Positions 62,171 to 64,000 of a DNA stretch of 64,000 nt are shown piece by piece. How positions within the stretch are numbered: the first letter of the stretch is position 1; every line of letters starts with the position of its first letter. Made by a program: the position numbers and the translations under genes. The notes beneath the pieces are model-generated. The model was not told the origin of the DNA, did no database searches, and saw only the letters and a list, made by a program, of their open reading frames with translations. The DNA is from Adineta vaga (Eukaryota; Animalia; Rotifera): NCBI GenBank assembly GCA_021613535.1, contig CP075494.1:2542001-2606000 (forward strand), written 5' to 3'.

Positions 62171-62246
62171 GGGTGGGTGTGGGTGTGAGGATTGAATTAA
62201 AGAATCGATACTCACACCTACACTCACCCCACCCACACCCTCAATA
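62171..62246. repeat. Telomere-repeat palindrome E23
   Basis: GGGTGGGTGTGGGTGTGAG-GATTGAATTAAAGAATCGATA-CTCACACCTACACTCACCCCACCCACACCCTCAATAT. Confidence 0.9.
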
Positions 62247-62249
62247 TTC

Positions 62250-62915
62250 AACTAAGTTCAAAGTAATAGAATTTTGACAAAAATCTTTTTTTGTCGGACT
62301 TTAGCTGCTAGCATGAGTGTATAAAATCATCTATACGTGTTGTTTTTTCTTCATTTTCTCTTGTTCTTTCTTTCATCATCGTCTGCTTATCTCTCTTAAT
62401 AACTAGCCATCCATATGTACGTATACATTAACGCATCCGTCGTATTGGTTTTATGTACACGTATCGTTTATTTGCGTATATTCAAGAAAGTCAGAAGTCA
62501 GATCAAGGTTAACAACCCTGGCTCTATTTTCCCATTTCAAATGAGTACAGAAAATTTCCGTTTCTACATTAAAGTGCGTACTGCACTTAATATCCAAGCA
62601 AGAATGATTTATGATGAATTGTATTCTGTTTATGGTGATCGAGCTCCTTTTCTTCGAACAGTGAGAAGATGGTCCAAGCCGTTTCGTGAAGGTCGAGAAG
62701 AATTTGAAGATGAACCACGATCGGGTAGATCAATCATTGAAACAACATCTGAAAATATTGAATAGATTCGCCTTCTTATCAACGATGATCCTTACTTCAC
62801 GATCGAAGACTTACAAGAGCAAACTGATTTAAGCTATATAGCACGGTTCATCGAATCACCACCACTCATTTGAATCTTAGAGAGGTCACTGCACGTTATG
62901 TACCTAAAAGTTCTC
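62250..62915 (+). mobile_element. Mariner (Tc1/mariner) transposon 5' remnant
   Basis: From 62541 MSTENFRFYIKVRTAL...IYDELYSVYG...TVRRWSKPFREGREEFEDEPRSGR (Mos1-type HTH), then a stop and frameshift; ARYVP linker; no DDD domain. Confidence 0.9.
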
Positions 62916-62970
62916 TCCGATTTGCAGTGGGCAAATAAATTGTCCTAAGTCATTTAAACATTACAATATA

Positions 62971-63600
62971 CTTAATTCAAATCAACTTCGAATTTTTGCA
63001 TGCAAGAATTTAATTGATCAACAATATACTGGATATGTTCTCGATCGAATGATCTACTTGCAGGGTTGTTAAGATCATTTGATTGTTGTCTTTTTTTTTC
63101 ATTTTCACCAATTACAAGACTATTTTCTTTCGCATCTGCCAACCAGTGCATTATTCGATGGTTATGAAAGAGTCAGCGACATAGACATTACCAGAATGAT
63201 CAACAGTTATTTCCCAAGGATAATACAAATGTGCAGAGCTATTTCCTCGTCAGTGTCCATCAACAACAACAAATCTTTTATTGGTATCTTCCATCCATTT
63301 CATTACACAATGATTGAAGATATCTGATACATCAATTGAATAGTCCTGATCATCAAAAACAACATATCTAGAAGCATTAAATTGATGTGTACCATTTCCA
63401 TCTGCTACAACATGGTTATTCCATTATCTTATTTCATGTTTATAACCGTCAGAAGTATAAAGATCTCCTTTATTATTCATGACTATACTATAACAGGAAA
63501 TATCAGCAATAATTATGTATTGTTTTGTATGATTATGATTATCTGTTCTTGATAATTCGATGACTGGAAATACACAATACACATTATTCTACCGTGATGA
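62971..63600 (-). pseudogene. NHL-repeat gene fragment
   Basis: GDLYTSD..KHEI, VSDIFNHCVMKW, LYYPWEITVDHSGNVYVAD, NHRIMHW; with stops and frameshifts. Confidence 0.75.
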
Positions 63601-63695
63601 TGTTAAGATCATTGGACAAACTTATATTTATTCAACCCAACACTTCTTACATAAGATTAAAACAAAATAGGAAAAAGAAAAATGGTAAAAGTCAT

Positions 63696-64000
63696 TTATA
63701 CTCCAAGAAACAAATTTGTACTTGTTAAATTTTCAGCACCAGGAAACATAGACCATATACCAACTCTGTATACATGACCAGCCGTAGTTGGAACTGTTTG
63801 TGTAAGATAATCAGCTGACACATTACTTCCACCCAGATAAAAATATGGACCTGATTGAGAAAAATAAGTAAAACCATTATATGAAATTGTATTATTAGCT
63901 GTCACTCCACCAGTATTCGATTGATTATTTTGATTACAATATACCCATGGTGAAATATTTCCTGTATCAAAACCTCCATTAACAAGTAGTTCAGTACCTA
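63696..64000 (-). CDS. C-terminal part of a protein with a galactose-binding-like (CBM4/9-like) domain; 5' outside window
   Basis: ELLVNGGFDTGNISPW...DYLTQTVPTTAGHVYRVGIW. Confidence 0.55.
   Translation of the reverse strand, partial: GTELLVNGGFDTGNISPWVYCNQNNQSNTGGVTANNTISYNGFTYFSQSGPYFYLGGSNVSADYLTQTVPTTAGHVYRVGIWSMFPGAENLTSTNLFLGV

Noticed and set aside
732-62246. CRISPR array interpretation of repeat-spacer-repeat units
   Set aside because: Arms are inverted, dispersed kilobases apart and variable in length; no cas genes; eukaryotic context.
732-62246. True bacterial integron
   Set aside because: No tyrosine recombinase or attC RYYYAAC/GTTRRRY cores seen; genes have introns and both orientations. 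Kept only as an analogy.
1-64000. Contamination or chimeric contig explaining the fungal/bacterial-like genes
   Set aside because: Foreign-like genes are interleaved with metazoan genes, share the same flanking palindromes and some have spliceosomal introns; long reads are still needed to exclude it formally.

Overview
AT-rich eukaryotic genomic DNA with short GT-AG introns. The gene families present strongly suggest a bdelloid rotifer (inference): expanded F-box/LRR, TPR, NHL, NR1J-like nuclear receptors, 2-TM Cys-rich repeat proteins, fungal/bacterial-like metabolic genes, and Athena-like retroelement debris. The window is a patchwork of about a dozen apparently intact genes, many pseudogenes and gene fragments, a ~2.3 kb segmental duplication and small transposon remnants. 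Likely horizontally acquired genes are a DODA/LigB dioxygenase, a P-loop kinase (two copies), a DHA1 MFS transporter and a nitroalkane oxidase. The main unexplained structure is about 20 short (50-110 bp) palindromic elements: ATCTTGAGGGTGTGGGTG... + a mostly unique ~13-25 nt spacer + ...CACCCACACCCTCAAGAT. They are built from bdelloid telomeric hexamers (TGTGGG/TGAGGG) in telomere-fusion orientation. They lie between nearly all gene-sized modules, never inside an intact CDS or intron. They coincide with several gene truncations and with the duplication end point, and two arms carry hammerhead-ribozyme 3' ends typical of Athena retroelements. Also notable: a giant PARG-macrodomain / PBZ-like finger / putative ART protein, and two genes encoding three tandem 2-TM Cys-rich units. 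All homology calls come from motif recognition by eye; no searches were run.
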